From Polaromonas sp. (lineage in GTDB: Bacteria; Pseudomonadota; Gammaproteobacteria; Burkholderiales; Burkholderiaceae_C): a stretch of DNA of 44,920 bases. This document shows, one piece after another, positions 29,046 to 37,581 of the stretch; position 1 is the stretch's first letter; the number at the start of each line of letters is the position of its first letter. A program made the translations under genes and the position numbers. Location: the NCBI GenBank assembly GCA_036279755.1, contig DASUIO010000324.1:1-44920 (forward strand), written 5' to 3'. The notes under the pieces were generated by a model that saw only the letters and a program-made list of their open reading frames with translations, had not been told where the DNA came from and made no database searches.

Positions 29046-30514
29046 TTGCTTGCCTGAGTTTGGCTGGTCTGAAGGACTGCTCGAAGTGCCTCGACCACCA
29101 CTCGGGTAGAACTGTGCTGTTCGAGTTGTTCTGTGGCCGTTTTGGACATCTGTTGATAAGCGTTCGGGTCACGCTTGGCGAGGTCATATGCGTTGCCGTA
29201 GGCCTCGCGAAGCGCATCCCATGGCACGCGGAAGGCCGTGGTCGAGTAGATGAAGCGAGGGTCGTGTGGCCACCCAGTGACAAACTTGGTCGCAGGCAGG
29301 ATGAAGGCGTTTTGGGCCGTGATGTAGTCAGCCATCGACGTGTGGTTGGGGGCAATCGCTGGCGTGCCCATGGCCATCAGTTCCATCAGAGGCAGGCATT
29401 GGCCTTCGCCAGTGGATGCATTGACCACATAGTCAATCCCGTCCAGAAAGCGCTGGTAGTCGTCATCTTCCAGGTAACCGTTGAAGGCGATGACACGGCA
29501 TTTCAACCAGACGAAACGACGCAGATCGCGCTCGAGGTTCAGCATCGACTCGGCGCTGTCTTTTTCATTGAGTTTGAAAACCAGAACAGCGTCTTCGACG
29601 TTCTGGAAGCGCGACGCGAAGGCTGTGGCCAGATCACCCCAGTTCTTGCGGCCATCGCGTGAGTTGAGGATGGAAGCAAACACCACCCCCTTGGCCTGGA
29701 TGTGATGTTCTTGCTCGGTGGGGGCGGGCGCTGGCTGGGCTTGCTCCGAAGTTGCTTGAACAGCTGGGAAGGGGCGACCGGTCAGGCGAGCGATGAGTTT
29801 TTGCAGGCTGCGCTTGCGACGGGCTGCTCGGCGCAGCTTTCGTTCGACTCTCGGGTCCAGTGGCGGCTCGTTTGTCTCGGGCTTGGTGGGCTCGGGTTCG
29901 GGGATTCGCCATTGACCGGTTTCGGGTGAGTCGGGAATGCACGCGGCCGAATCAAAGAGGGCGCCTTTGACGCGGATGTCCATGCCTCTGGCGGGGCGCC
30001 GGCCTTCGGTCCCATGGAGCTGTTTGCCTCGGGCCGCAAAGCGATCCCATACGGGGGCAGGGATAGACCAGACCGGATAGTCGGGTGTCATGGCACGCAA
30101 GATCGCTTGCCGTGCGAATTCGGAATGGGTGATGGCCAGCCCGGTGCGCGCGAAAACGTTGCGCCAGTCATGTGTGGGGTCGTTGTCCCACTGGTGATCG
30201 GGGATGCGCTCGAATTCCCAGGCCACCAAGGGGATGACGGGGCAGCGCTGTGGAAACAGCGTGCGGTGGGGCGGGGCGAAAGAGAACAAGACGCACTGTC
30301 GGCCCTCTTGCTGTGCCTTGTCGTATTCGAGGTCGGCTTCGGTCAGTGGGTCGTAGATGACTTTCACGTCGCCTACTTCGGCCATTGCGGGCAGAAACCA
30401 TTTGAGAACGAAGTAGTAGCTGTACTCAGACATGCCAATGCGTTCGGCAATGTTTTTGTCGTTGGTCTCCGAGTACGCAAGAATGACCGGCTTCATGTTG
30501 TCTTGAGAGGGCAT
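29042..30514 (-). CDS. Glycosyltransferase (GT-B/GT4-like)
   Basis: EYSYYFVL, AWEF, DGRKNW, EGQCLPLME, HTSMADYI, WPHDPR. Confidence 0.8.
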   Translation of the reverse strand: MPSQDNMKPVILAYSETNDKNIAERIGMSEYSYYFVLKWFLPAMAEVGDVKVIYDPLTEADLEYDKAQQEGRQCVLFSFAPPHRTLFPQRCPVIPLVAWEFERIPDHQWDNDPTHDWRNVFARTGLAITHSEFARQAILRAMTPDYPVWSIPAPVWDRFAARGKQLHGTEGRRPARGMDIRVKGALFDSAACIPDSPETGQWRIPEPEPTKPETNEPPLDPRVERKLRRAARRKRSLQKLIARLTGRPFPAVQATSEQAQPAPAPTEQEHHIQAKGVVFASILNSRDGRKNWGDLATAFASRFQNVEDAVLVFKLNEKDSAESMLNLERDLRRFVWLKCRVIAFNGYLEDDDYQRFLDGIDYVVNASTGEGQCLPLMELMAMGTPAIAPNHTSMADYITAQNAFILPATKFVTGWPHDPRFIYSTTAFRVPWDALREAYGNAYDLAKRDPNAYQQMSKTATEQLEQHSSTRVVVEALRAVLQTSQTQASK

Positions 30515-30539
30515 TGATGGGGCGTGCTTGCCGAGAAGG

Positions 30540-31493
30540 TCAAGCGGGCTTTCGGGCGATGACGATCTGGGACTTGTGGAGTACCTGATCCAGCGCGGAG
30601 ATACGTTGTTTTGTGATGGGGTCGGCCAGGATGATGTCCCATGCCTTGGCCCAATGGTCTAGCGCCGGGTGGGTGCCTTCGTGGTGATCGACTTGGCACA
30701 GACACAGCAAGGCGTGCCAGATGACCCAATAGAAGCTGACGAATTCGTGTCGTTCGATGATGAGCCCGGTGTCCTCAACCAAGCGCTTGAAATCGTCGGC
30801 ACTCAGTATGCGGATGTGGTTGGGCTTTTCGAACCAGTAGGCTGGCGCGACCGATTTGATCAGCTCCTCCGAGCGTTGCCCAGGGACGCTGAGCAAATAC
30901 AGCGCGCCTGGTTTGCCAACGCGCATCAGTTCGCGCAGGGTGACCATGGGGTCATCCACATGCTCAATGACTTCGGTGCAGATGATCTTGTCGATCGATT
31001 CAGAGGGGAGTGGCAGAGGATTACCGTCGCCTTCAATGACTTCAAAGTTCTGGCAGCCAGTCTCCAGAAGCATTTTCTGTGTGGCTTGAACCTTTTCCGG
31101 ATCAATGTCGATGCCGATGACGCGTGAGGCCATCTCGGCGCAGAAGCGCAGGTTGCCGCCTAGGCCGCATCCCACATCTAAAACCGTGTCGGTTGGCAGG
31201 ACTGGAAAGTCTGTAAAGAGCTCCCGTTTGGCGCGATTGAACCAGCCCGCACGCGTGGCGTCATGAAGCCCAACATTGCCGTACATGGCTCTGGACTGAG
31301 TGCGGGCGAGGTCCGCAGCGAGTACGTCGTTGATTGGATTCGTCTCGGGGGCGGAGGGGGCTGGCGCAGGCTCTGAGGTCTTGGCTGGGTCAGCCAAGAC
31401 CGTGGCTTCAGATGATTTGAGGCCTAGCTTGGTGCGTAGGATGCGCAATCCGTCCCGAATGGCGTGTCGATGAGGTCGAGTGGGGGTGGGCAT
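30540..31493 (-). CDS. Class I SAM-dependent methyltransferase
   Basis: VLDVGCG, LPL, TEVIEHV, RVGKPGA; ATG 31493 downstream of a -10-like box. Confidence 0.88.
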   Translation of the reverse strand: MPTPTRPHRHAIRDGLRILRTKLGLKSSEATVLADPAKTSEPAPAPSAPETNPINDVLAADLARTQSRAMYGNVGLHDATRAGWFNRAKRELFTDFPVLPTDTVLDVGCGLGGNLRFCAEMASRVIGIDIDPEKVQATQKMLLETGCQNFEVIEGDGNPLPLPSESIDKIICTEVIEHVDDPMVTLRELMRVGKPGALYLLSVPGQRSEELIKSVAPAYWFEKPNHIRILSADDFKRLVEDTGLIIERHEFVSFYWVIWHALLCLCQVDHHEGTHPALDHWAKAWDIILADPITKQRISALDQVLHKSQIVIARKPA

Positions 31494-31533
31494 GCGCGAG
31501 TTCTCGCTACCGTATTGACTGGATAAGCGCGCG

Positions 31534-31539
31534 ATTGTA
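31534..31539 (-). promoter_or_regulatory. Putative sigma70 -10 element (TACAAT) for the methyltransferase-GT-acyltransferase unit
   Basis: ATTGTA on + strand, about 40 bp upstream of ATG 31493. Confidence 0.4.
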
Positions 31540-31591
31540 AGACCCAAAGGTGCGCCAATCGGGCGGGGAAAACCATCCTATTCGAATAGCG

Positions 31592-33217
31592 TCAGATGGG
31601 CTGCGTGGTCTTTTGTTTTCTCAAGAGGCACCATCCATCAATAAGGTTGATGCTGTCAGTAGCAAGGGCGGGATGGCAATTATGAGAAACAATCAAGCCG
31701 CCAGCATCGAGCGTATCTTTAATATGATCTCGATGGGTGTACTTGATATTTTCTCTCACGTTGGGTGCCGGTGAGATGTTGATCTTTTCTCCAACTAGCT
31801 CCAATGTCAGAGAGGTGAAGAGATCTTTGTTGGTGTTCGTGTCGCTCACGTCAATGAAAATGGGGCCGATAAAGTGAGTCGATGAGACGTAATCCTTGAT
31901 GGCTTTTGCCACTTTCAAGTCGACTCTCTCAGCCAGTGGCAATACATCGAATTTCTTCCCTCGTACGATGCTCTTGATGTCTTGGTATTGGATTGTTGCC
32001 AGGCAAAGTGCGGCGGCGGAAAAAGCCAACATGACCAGTTTGGACTGGCCGAATTTGTCTTTGATGTACGAGTGCGCGTTTGTGAAAGAAATAGCCAGCA
32101 CTGGATAAATGACAAACCAGGCATATCGGCCAGATGATCGAAAGGGCGAGACGGACTTCATGAGCCATTCCGGTAGATTGGCGCCGAAAATCAAACCGGA
32201 ACCGAGGTAAACCCGGTTGGATAAGCTGAACAGAATGATGAAGGCCCAGAAATAAAGAACCGATTTTGGGGTGTTGGCGAACATGCCTTTTTGCATGAGC
32301 CAGTAGCAGAGTAGAAGACAAATGATGGCACCCAATCCAAGATACTGGTAGCCTTCGTATTGACCTTCTGTGCCGTTCGGGAGAGTCATCAAGTAGCTTG
32401 ATGTTCCCATGGGATTGATGAACGCATTGAGGTTCATTGAATAGAACCCAAACCCGTCGCTTGCACCTGTGAATTTCTGGAAATAGCCTGTCGCAAACAT
32501 GGTTGCGGCTGTGAAGCCCATGATGACGGCCCCGCGATATGCCAAATGGGCAATCGCGTCCTTTTTTGCCGCGAATTTTCCTGCATTCCAATGGGAAAGC
32601 AGTGCCATGGCAACCAACGGTGGCGTGAAGTAGAAATGGGTTGAAATGGATACAAAAATCAGGGATAAGAAAATGAATAGCCGACGTTTGTCTGGCATAT
32701 CCCTGGCTAAGACAGCCCCCCATCCAATGATGATCAGGAAATGTGGGAGTAGGTTGAGATGGAAAATGCGGAAAAAGAATATGGGTGCGATGCCGATCAG
32801 CAGGGCCCCAAGAAATGAGGGGAGCGAGGGGGTGGTGAGATTCCGCAAGAGCCAGTAGGCGGATGTGAACTGCATGCAGAGGCAGAAGAGAATCCACCAG
32901 CCATATGGCTGTACTGCTTTTCCGGTTGGAGTGAGTAGCTTGGTCAGGGTTGCCAGCAATAGGTTCCCATCCATGAATATGATGTTGGACCCAACCGGAT
33001 AATCTGTCGAAGAAACGACCCCTAATGGAAAATGCCAGGGCGATGTGCGAAACAGGTTGATGGCCGATAGATTCTGGCGGTAGTCTCTTTCGTATAGCCA
33101 GGCCACATTAGCTGGATCAAGTAGGGAGTAGCCAACCCAATGATTGAATACATAAAGAGCCACCAAGAGCAGCATGATGTATGCAATCCATTCGCGTGCA
33201 ATGAGTCGGCGATTCAT
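31592..33217 (-). CDS. Polytopic membrane protein, DUF6311-like (putative GT-C fold transferase)
   Basis: W.FPLG, SNIIFMD, QYEGYQYLGLG, FRSSGRY, Q..D motifs; many TMs plus a soluble C-terminus; AT-richer than flanks. Confidence 0.65.
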   Translation of the reverse strand: MNRRLIAREWIAYIMLLLVALYVFNHWVGYSLLDPANVAWLYERDYRQNLSAINLFRTSPWHFPLGVVSSTDYPVGSNIIFMDGNLLLATLTKLLTPTGKAVQPYGWWILFCLCMQFTSAYWLLRNLTTPSLPSFLGALLIGIAPIFFFRIFHLNLLPHFLIIIGWGAVLARDMPDKRRLFIFLSLIFVSISTHFYFTPPLVAMALLSHWNAGKFAAKKDAIAHLAYRGAVIMGFTAATMFATGYFQKFTGASDGFGFYSMNLNAFINPMGTSSYLMTLPNGTEGQYEGYQYLGLGAIICLLLCYWLMQKGMFANTPKSVLYFWAFIILFSLSNRVYLGSGLIFGANLPEWLMKSVSPFRSSGRYAWFVIYPVLAISFTNAHSYIKDKFGQSKLVMLAFSAAALCLATIQYQDIKSIVRGKKFDVLPLAERVDLKVAKAIKDYVSSTHFIGPIFIDVSDTNTNKDLFTSLTLELVGEKINISPAPNVRENIKYTHRDHIKDTLDAGGLIVSHNCHPALATDSINLIDGWCLLRKQKTTQPI

Positions 33218-33232
33218 TCTTCATTCCCCGGA

Positions 33233-34057
33233 TCATTTCAGAATCCTGTGCCCTATGGCCCGTGCCATTAACAGGCATTGATCCAGATTCCAGCCCATGA
33301 TTTGACTTCTCTGCTGGATGAGCTGGCAAGCGATACGGGCTCTATTGCTGCGCATCAATTCCTTGATGAGCTTGCGAGTGTGTTGGCTGACCAAAATGTA
33401 CCCGGGAGCATTTCCTAGCCACTCGAGCAAGTCTTCGTCGGGCATGAAATGCGCGAAGTTGTGCATGCCGTGAAACCCGAAGCAGCGTCGCCAGGCACCA
33501 TATTCACAGCCGAAAGCCTGGGCCACCTCGAGTGGCGCGAAGCGGATCCCGTGTTGGTGCTCTAGCTGTTCACGAAGGGTCACGCAGATCACCATGTCCT
33601 CAGGCTCGCCTGAAGGGAGTTCGTATTGGGTCAGTGCGTCAAGCAGTCGCTTCGACCGCAGGGAGAATCCGCCGTTTCCGACCATGCCGGGATGGCCGCC
33701 GTGGTACCAGGGCGGGCCAATGTAGTCGTATTCGAGGAAGTTTTCTTGCCAGAGTTCGGGGTTCAGGATGAAGCCATCCCATTGGATCACCAGCGCATGT
33801 GCTGTGCGGACAAAGGCGCCGAGGCGCTTGAGCATGAAGTCTGAGTAGGCGTCGATGCCGTTGAGCGCAGGAATACCGATCAACCGTATGGCCGGGTGCA
33901 ATGTCCTCTTGGGCTGCCAATCCTCGGGGCCGATGAATACCACCTCATCAAACTGCCCTCGGCTCAAGCAAAGCTCGATTGCATGCAAGGCCAAGTCAGG
34001 GCTGCGTGTGTCGACGCAGCACAGTGTGACCCCTTGGAGGCGAGGTGGTTGTGTCAT
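33233..34057 (-). CDS. DUF5672-like protein (putative GT-A fold)
   Basis: YSDFML, IQWDGF, YDYIGPPW, VGNGGFSLRS, ED, FGFHG. Confidence 0.78.
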   Translation of the reverse strand: MTQPPRLQGVTLCCVDTRSPDLALHAIELCLSRGQFDEVVFIGPEDWQPKRTLHPAIRLIGIPALNGIDAYSDFMLKRLGAFVRTAHALVIQWDGFILNPELWQENFLEYDYIGPPWYHGGHPGMVGNGGFSLRSKRLLDALTQYELPSGEPEDMVICVTLREQLEHQHGIRFAPLEVAQAFGCEYGAWRRCFGFHGMHNFAHFMPDEDLLEWLGNAPGYILVSQHTRKLIKELMRSNRARIACQLIQQRSQIMGWNLDQCLLMARAIGHRILK

Positions 34058-34074
34058 GTCGGCTCGGCGCGGAA

Positions 34075-36528
34075 TCAGCTCAGGTATTTGCTAACCAGCA
34101 TGTTCAACTGCTGGTTGTGCACGGCGATCGAGAAGTCCATGCTGCGTGTTCGGGCCGCTTGTCCCAACTGCTTGAATTCGTCCGGGCGCTTTTGCTGAAT
34201 GGCAATCAGCTTGCTGGTTTGCTCCATGAGCGATTCGAGGCTGTCAAAACAGAACCCGCATTGGCCGTGCAGCACGATCTCGGGGGCACCGCCGCGGCCA
34301 TGGATGACGGGAACAGCGGCGTGACTCATGGCCTCGACAATGGCCATGCCAAAGTGCTCGAATTGATCAGGATAAAAATCTGGCAATCCGACGCCGGTAG
34401 CGTGCCAGTAGATCGAAGCTCGGTCCAGGTAATCTTCAACCAACTTGGCGGGCGCATCGACAAAGATATCGATTGGCAAGCCTTGGGCCGCAGCTTTGAC
34501 CTGTTCGAGGTAGAGCAGGTCTGCTGAATTTGCCTTGTTGCATCCGCCAATCAGGACGAGGCGCCACCCGGTGAGGTCTTCCTTTTGAATCAGGCTGCGG
34601 AACGCCGCCACCATTTCCGCTTGCTTCTTGTTGTGGCCACTGGAGAAGAAGCGCCCCACCGAAACAATGAGGCGCTCTTTCTTGTCCAGATCTTTGGCGC
34701 GCGTGTCGACATCTACTGCGGGGTAGAGCAGATCGGTTGAGGCGTCTGGCCAGTAGTTGTTGCACCAGCGTTGCGTGAAGAGCGAGTTGGCGACCAAAAC
34801 GTCGTAGCTGGACATCTCCGAGGCGTCTCCGCCCATGTGCGGAAAGCTGACGAGGTACGCTGATTTCTTGGCTCGAGAATGAATCTTGGAGCAGAAGGCG
34901 GTGTTGATGAAGATGTCTAGCGAGGCCGTGTCTTTCTCGTCGAAATCTGGCACAACCGCCTGCTTGAGGCCGCTGCTGGACAAGCCAAAGTGTCGGCAAA
35001 TTTTCTCCAGGTCGATGGGTTGCCGGGAGATGATGTAGACGTCGCCGTGATTTCTCAGTTCCTGTGCGATGTGGAGCGCCCGCAGCTCTCCTCCACCCAG
35101 AGAAGTCCAGAATTCATTGAAGATGCCGATTCGCTTGCGCGCGTATTGACGCGTGTAAATCGAGCGATTGATGGCTTGTGCTGTGATCGTTAAGGTGTCG
35201 TCCAGCAGGGTGCGGTCTGACGCATAAGGATTGCTGCCCAGAATGTCTCTGGAGCACAGGTTCAGCAGGCCCTCTTTTTTCCAATTTCGCAGGCGTTGAT
35301 CCTTCTGCTGGTAGAACACGTTCTCGAAGTGTGCTGCCTGAAACGCGGAGTGGTTTCGCTTGGTGAAGTACTGGAAGAACGGCGAATGCTCAACCGAGGT
35401 GGATGCATGCATGTGGTAGGCCACGGCTTGCGACTGGTAGGCAATCTTGAAGCCGTTTGCTTTGATGCGCTCCGATGCGTCGGTGTCTTCGTAATAGGCG
35501 AAGAAGCTCGGTGGGAAAAGCGGTTTGAGGCCGAGTGCGCTGCGGCGGATCAAGACGCAGCAACCACAGAATGCGTCGACGAGGCAGGTCGTATCGAACT
35601 GGCCTTCGTCAGGCTCGCCGAACCCCCAGTCGCCGGCGTCACCGCTGGCGCTGACCCATGAGCCGGCGTTGTTGATGATCCATTGACCGCGGCGCGAGGC
35701 TTCGGCTGGCAGGATGCCGTCTGCCTTGATGGGCGTGTCACCCAGGGTGGCTGACCACGACTCCAGTTGCTTCAGAGGCTCTTTGATAGGACCCGCATTT
35801 TGGGCATAGACCTCAATGCGACGAGCAGATTCAGGAATCAGGAAAGACCGAGAGCGATCTTCGTTGGTGCGGCTTTCAATGATTTTCTTGTAGCCCGTCG
35901 ACGACTCGGTGATCTTGATGCAAAGCTTGGTTGTGTCTGGGATCGACGCTTGAACGCGCAGCTCAACAAAGGGCTCCCAGAAACGGATCTTGGGGGCGAC
36001 CGCGCCGACCTCTGGGTCGGCCAGCATCAACTGAACCAGTTTTTCGACGGCGTTGTCGTCAATGCGCGCATCGTTGTTCAGCAGGAGGATGTACTCGCCA
36101 TTGGCGTGATCCATGCCGATGTTGTTGCCTTCTGCGAAGCCCGTGTTGATGTCGCTTTTGACAACTTTCGCTTCGGGCAGAAGGGCTGATACCTGAGCAA
36201 CGGAGTCATCGGAGGAGGCGTTGTCAACGTAGATGACTTCGATGGAACGATAGCTTTGGCGTTTGATGGACTCGCAAAGCGCGGGGATGTGGCGGGCACC
36301 GTTATAGCCAACCACAATGATGGACACCAGCGGCGGATTCGCGGTGCTTGAGGCATGTGTGTTCGCAGTGGCGAGCTCGAGCCCAGTGTACGAATAGCGC
36401 TTCTTTCGCACCTTGGCAAGCTGTGCTGTGTCGGCTCCAATTTTCCGAGCGCGCCTGTTCTCCAGGCGTGCCCTGTTTATCTTCTTGAGGGCCGAAACAA
36501 TATTTTTATACTTCAATGGATTTTTCAT
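34075..36528 (-). CDS. Fused GT2 + GT4 glycosyltransferase
   Basis: N-half VDNAS.D, NTGFAEGNN, LLNND, YYEDTD; C-half GGGE, VGRFF..GHNKKQ, EHFGMAIVEAM. Confidence 0.9.
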   Translation of the reverse strand: MKNPLKYKNIVSALKKINRARLENRRARKIGADTAQLAKVRKKRYSYTGLELATANTHASSTANPPLVSIIVVGYNGARHIPALCESIKRQSYRSIEVIYVDNASSDDSVAQVSALLPEAKVVKSDINTGFAEGNNIGMDHANGEYILLLNNDARIDDNAVEKLVQLMLADPEVGAVAPKIRFWEPFVELRVQASIPDTTKLCIKITESSTGYKKIIESRTNEDRSRSFLIPESARRIEVYAQNAGPIKEPLKQLESWSATLGDTPIKADGILPAEASRRGQWIINNAGSWVSASGDAGDWGFGEPDEGQFDTTCLVDAFCGCCVLIRRSALGLKPLFPPSFFAYYEDTDASERIKANGFKIAYQSQAVAYHMHASTSVEHSPFFQYFTKRNHSAFQAAHFENVFYQQKDQRLRNWKKEGLLNLCSRDILGSNPYASDRTLLDDTLTITAQAINRSIYTRQYARKRIGIFNEFWTSLGGGELRALHIAQELRNHGDVYIISRQPIDLEKICRHFGLSSSGLKQAVVPDFDEKDTASLDIFINTAFCSKIHSRAKKSAYLVSFPHMGGDASEMSSYDVLVANSLFTQRWCNNYWPDASTDLLYPAVDVDTRAKDLDKKERLIVSVGRFFSSGHNKKQAEMVAAFRSLIQKEDLTGWRLVLIGGCNKANSADLLYLEQVKAAAQGLPIDIFVDAPAKLVEDYLDRASIYWHATGVGLPDFYPDQFEHFGMAIVEAMSHAAVPVIHGRGGAPEIVLHGQCGFCFDSLESLMEQTSKLIAIQQKRPDEFKQLGQAARTRSMDFSIAVHNQQLNMLVSKYLS

Positions 36529-36582
36529 ACGGATGCTGCCGGTGCTGCAAACAAACTATCGGGCGCGCTTTGACGGAGCTCT

Positions 36583-37563
36583 TTATCGGTAGGTGTCGGA
36601 GCGTTGCAGGTACTGGGTAACGTAATCAGCCACGCCCTCCTCAAGGCTGTGAAACGCGGCTGTCATGCCCGCCGCACGAAGCTTGTGCATGCGGGCTTCC
36701 GTGAAGTACTGATAGTTCGGGCGAATGCTTTCCGGCATGTCCACGAATTCGATGTTGACTGGTTTGTTGAGCGCTTTGCCAATCGCTTGCATGAGGTCAA
36801 CAAACGAGCGAGCTTGCCCTGTTCCCAGGTTGAAGATGCCGTAGGCGTCAGGATGATCCATGAGCCAGAGCATGACCGCGGTGCAGTCTTTCACATAGAC
36901 AAAATCGCGCAGTTGGGCGCCGTCGGCGTAGCCTTCCTTGTGCGATTTGAACAGGCGGATGGTGTCGCCCCGCGCGATGAGCTCGGTGTTTTTGGCCACA
37001 AGGCTGCGCATGTCACCTTTGTGGTATTCGTTGGGGCCGTAGACGTTGAAGAACTTCATCCCGGCCCATTGTGGTGGGGCATTGCCTTCGGCAGCGCGCT
37101 CAACGGCCCACTTGTCGAATGCGTGCTTCGACCAGCCGTACAGATTGAGCGGCGCCAGCTTGTCGAGTGCGCTCTGGCTTTGGTCATCATCGAAGCCTTG
37201 CTGGCCATCGCCATAAGTGGCGGCAGAGGAGGCGTAGATCAGAGGGGTTTGTGTCTGCGTGCACCACTTCCACCAAGCCATGCTGGCGTGGAGGTTGACT
37301 TCGAGGATTTCGTCACCGTCGGTCGATGTGGTCGATGAGTTCGCGCCCATGTGGAACACCGCATCGGCCTTGGTCAGCGTGGGCAGCAAGGCGTCGAGCT
37401 TGCGGTAGTCGACGACATCCAGGAAGCGGCGCTTGGCAATGTTTTTCCATTTGCCTTGGGTGCCGAGGTCGTCGACCAGCAGCAGGTCGGTGCGTCCTCT
37501 TGCATTGAGGTCGGCCACGATGTTGGAGCCGATGAAACCGGTGGCGCCTGTGATGATGATCAT
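36583..37563 (-). CDS. hldD: ADP-L-glycero-D-manno-heptose 6-epimerase
   Basis: TGATGFIGSN, GANSSTT, YASSAATYG, PLNLYGWSK, FFNVYGP.E.HKG.M, YQYFT. Confidence 0.96.
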   Translation of the reverse strand: MIIITGATGFIGSNIVADLNARGRTDLLLVDDLGTQGKWKNIAKRRFLDVVDYRKLDALLPTLTKADAVFHMGANSSTTSTDGDEILEVNLHASMAWWKWCTQTQTPLIYASSAATYGDGQQGFDDDQSQSALDKLAPLNLYGWSKHAFDKWAVERAAEGNAPPQWAGMKFFNVYGPNEYHKGDMRSLVAKNTELIARGDTIRLFKSHKEGYADGAQLRDFVYVKDCTAVMLWLMDHPDAYGIFNLGTGQARSFVDLMQAIGKALNKPVNIEFVDMPESIRPNYQYFTEARMHKLRAAGMTAAFHSLEEGVADYVTQYLQRSDTYR

Positions 37564-37581
37564 GTGTGAGCCTGTGCAGTA

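Noticed and set aside
31929-32897. 322-aa alternative-frame ORF inside the DUF6311-like gene
   Set aside because: His/Arg/Pro-rich off-frame composition with no recognisable domain
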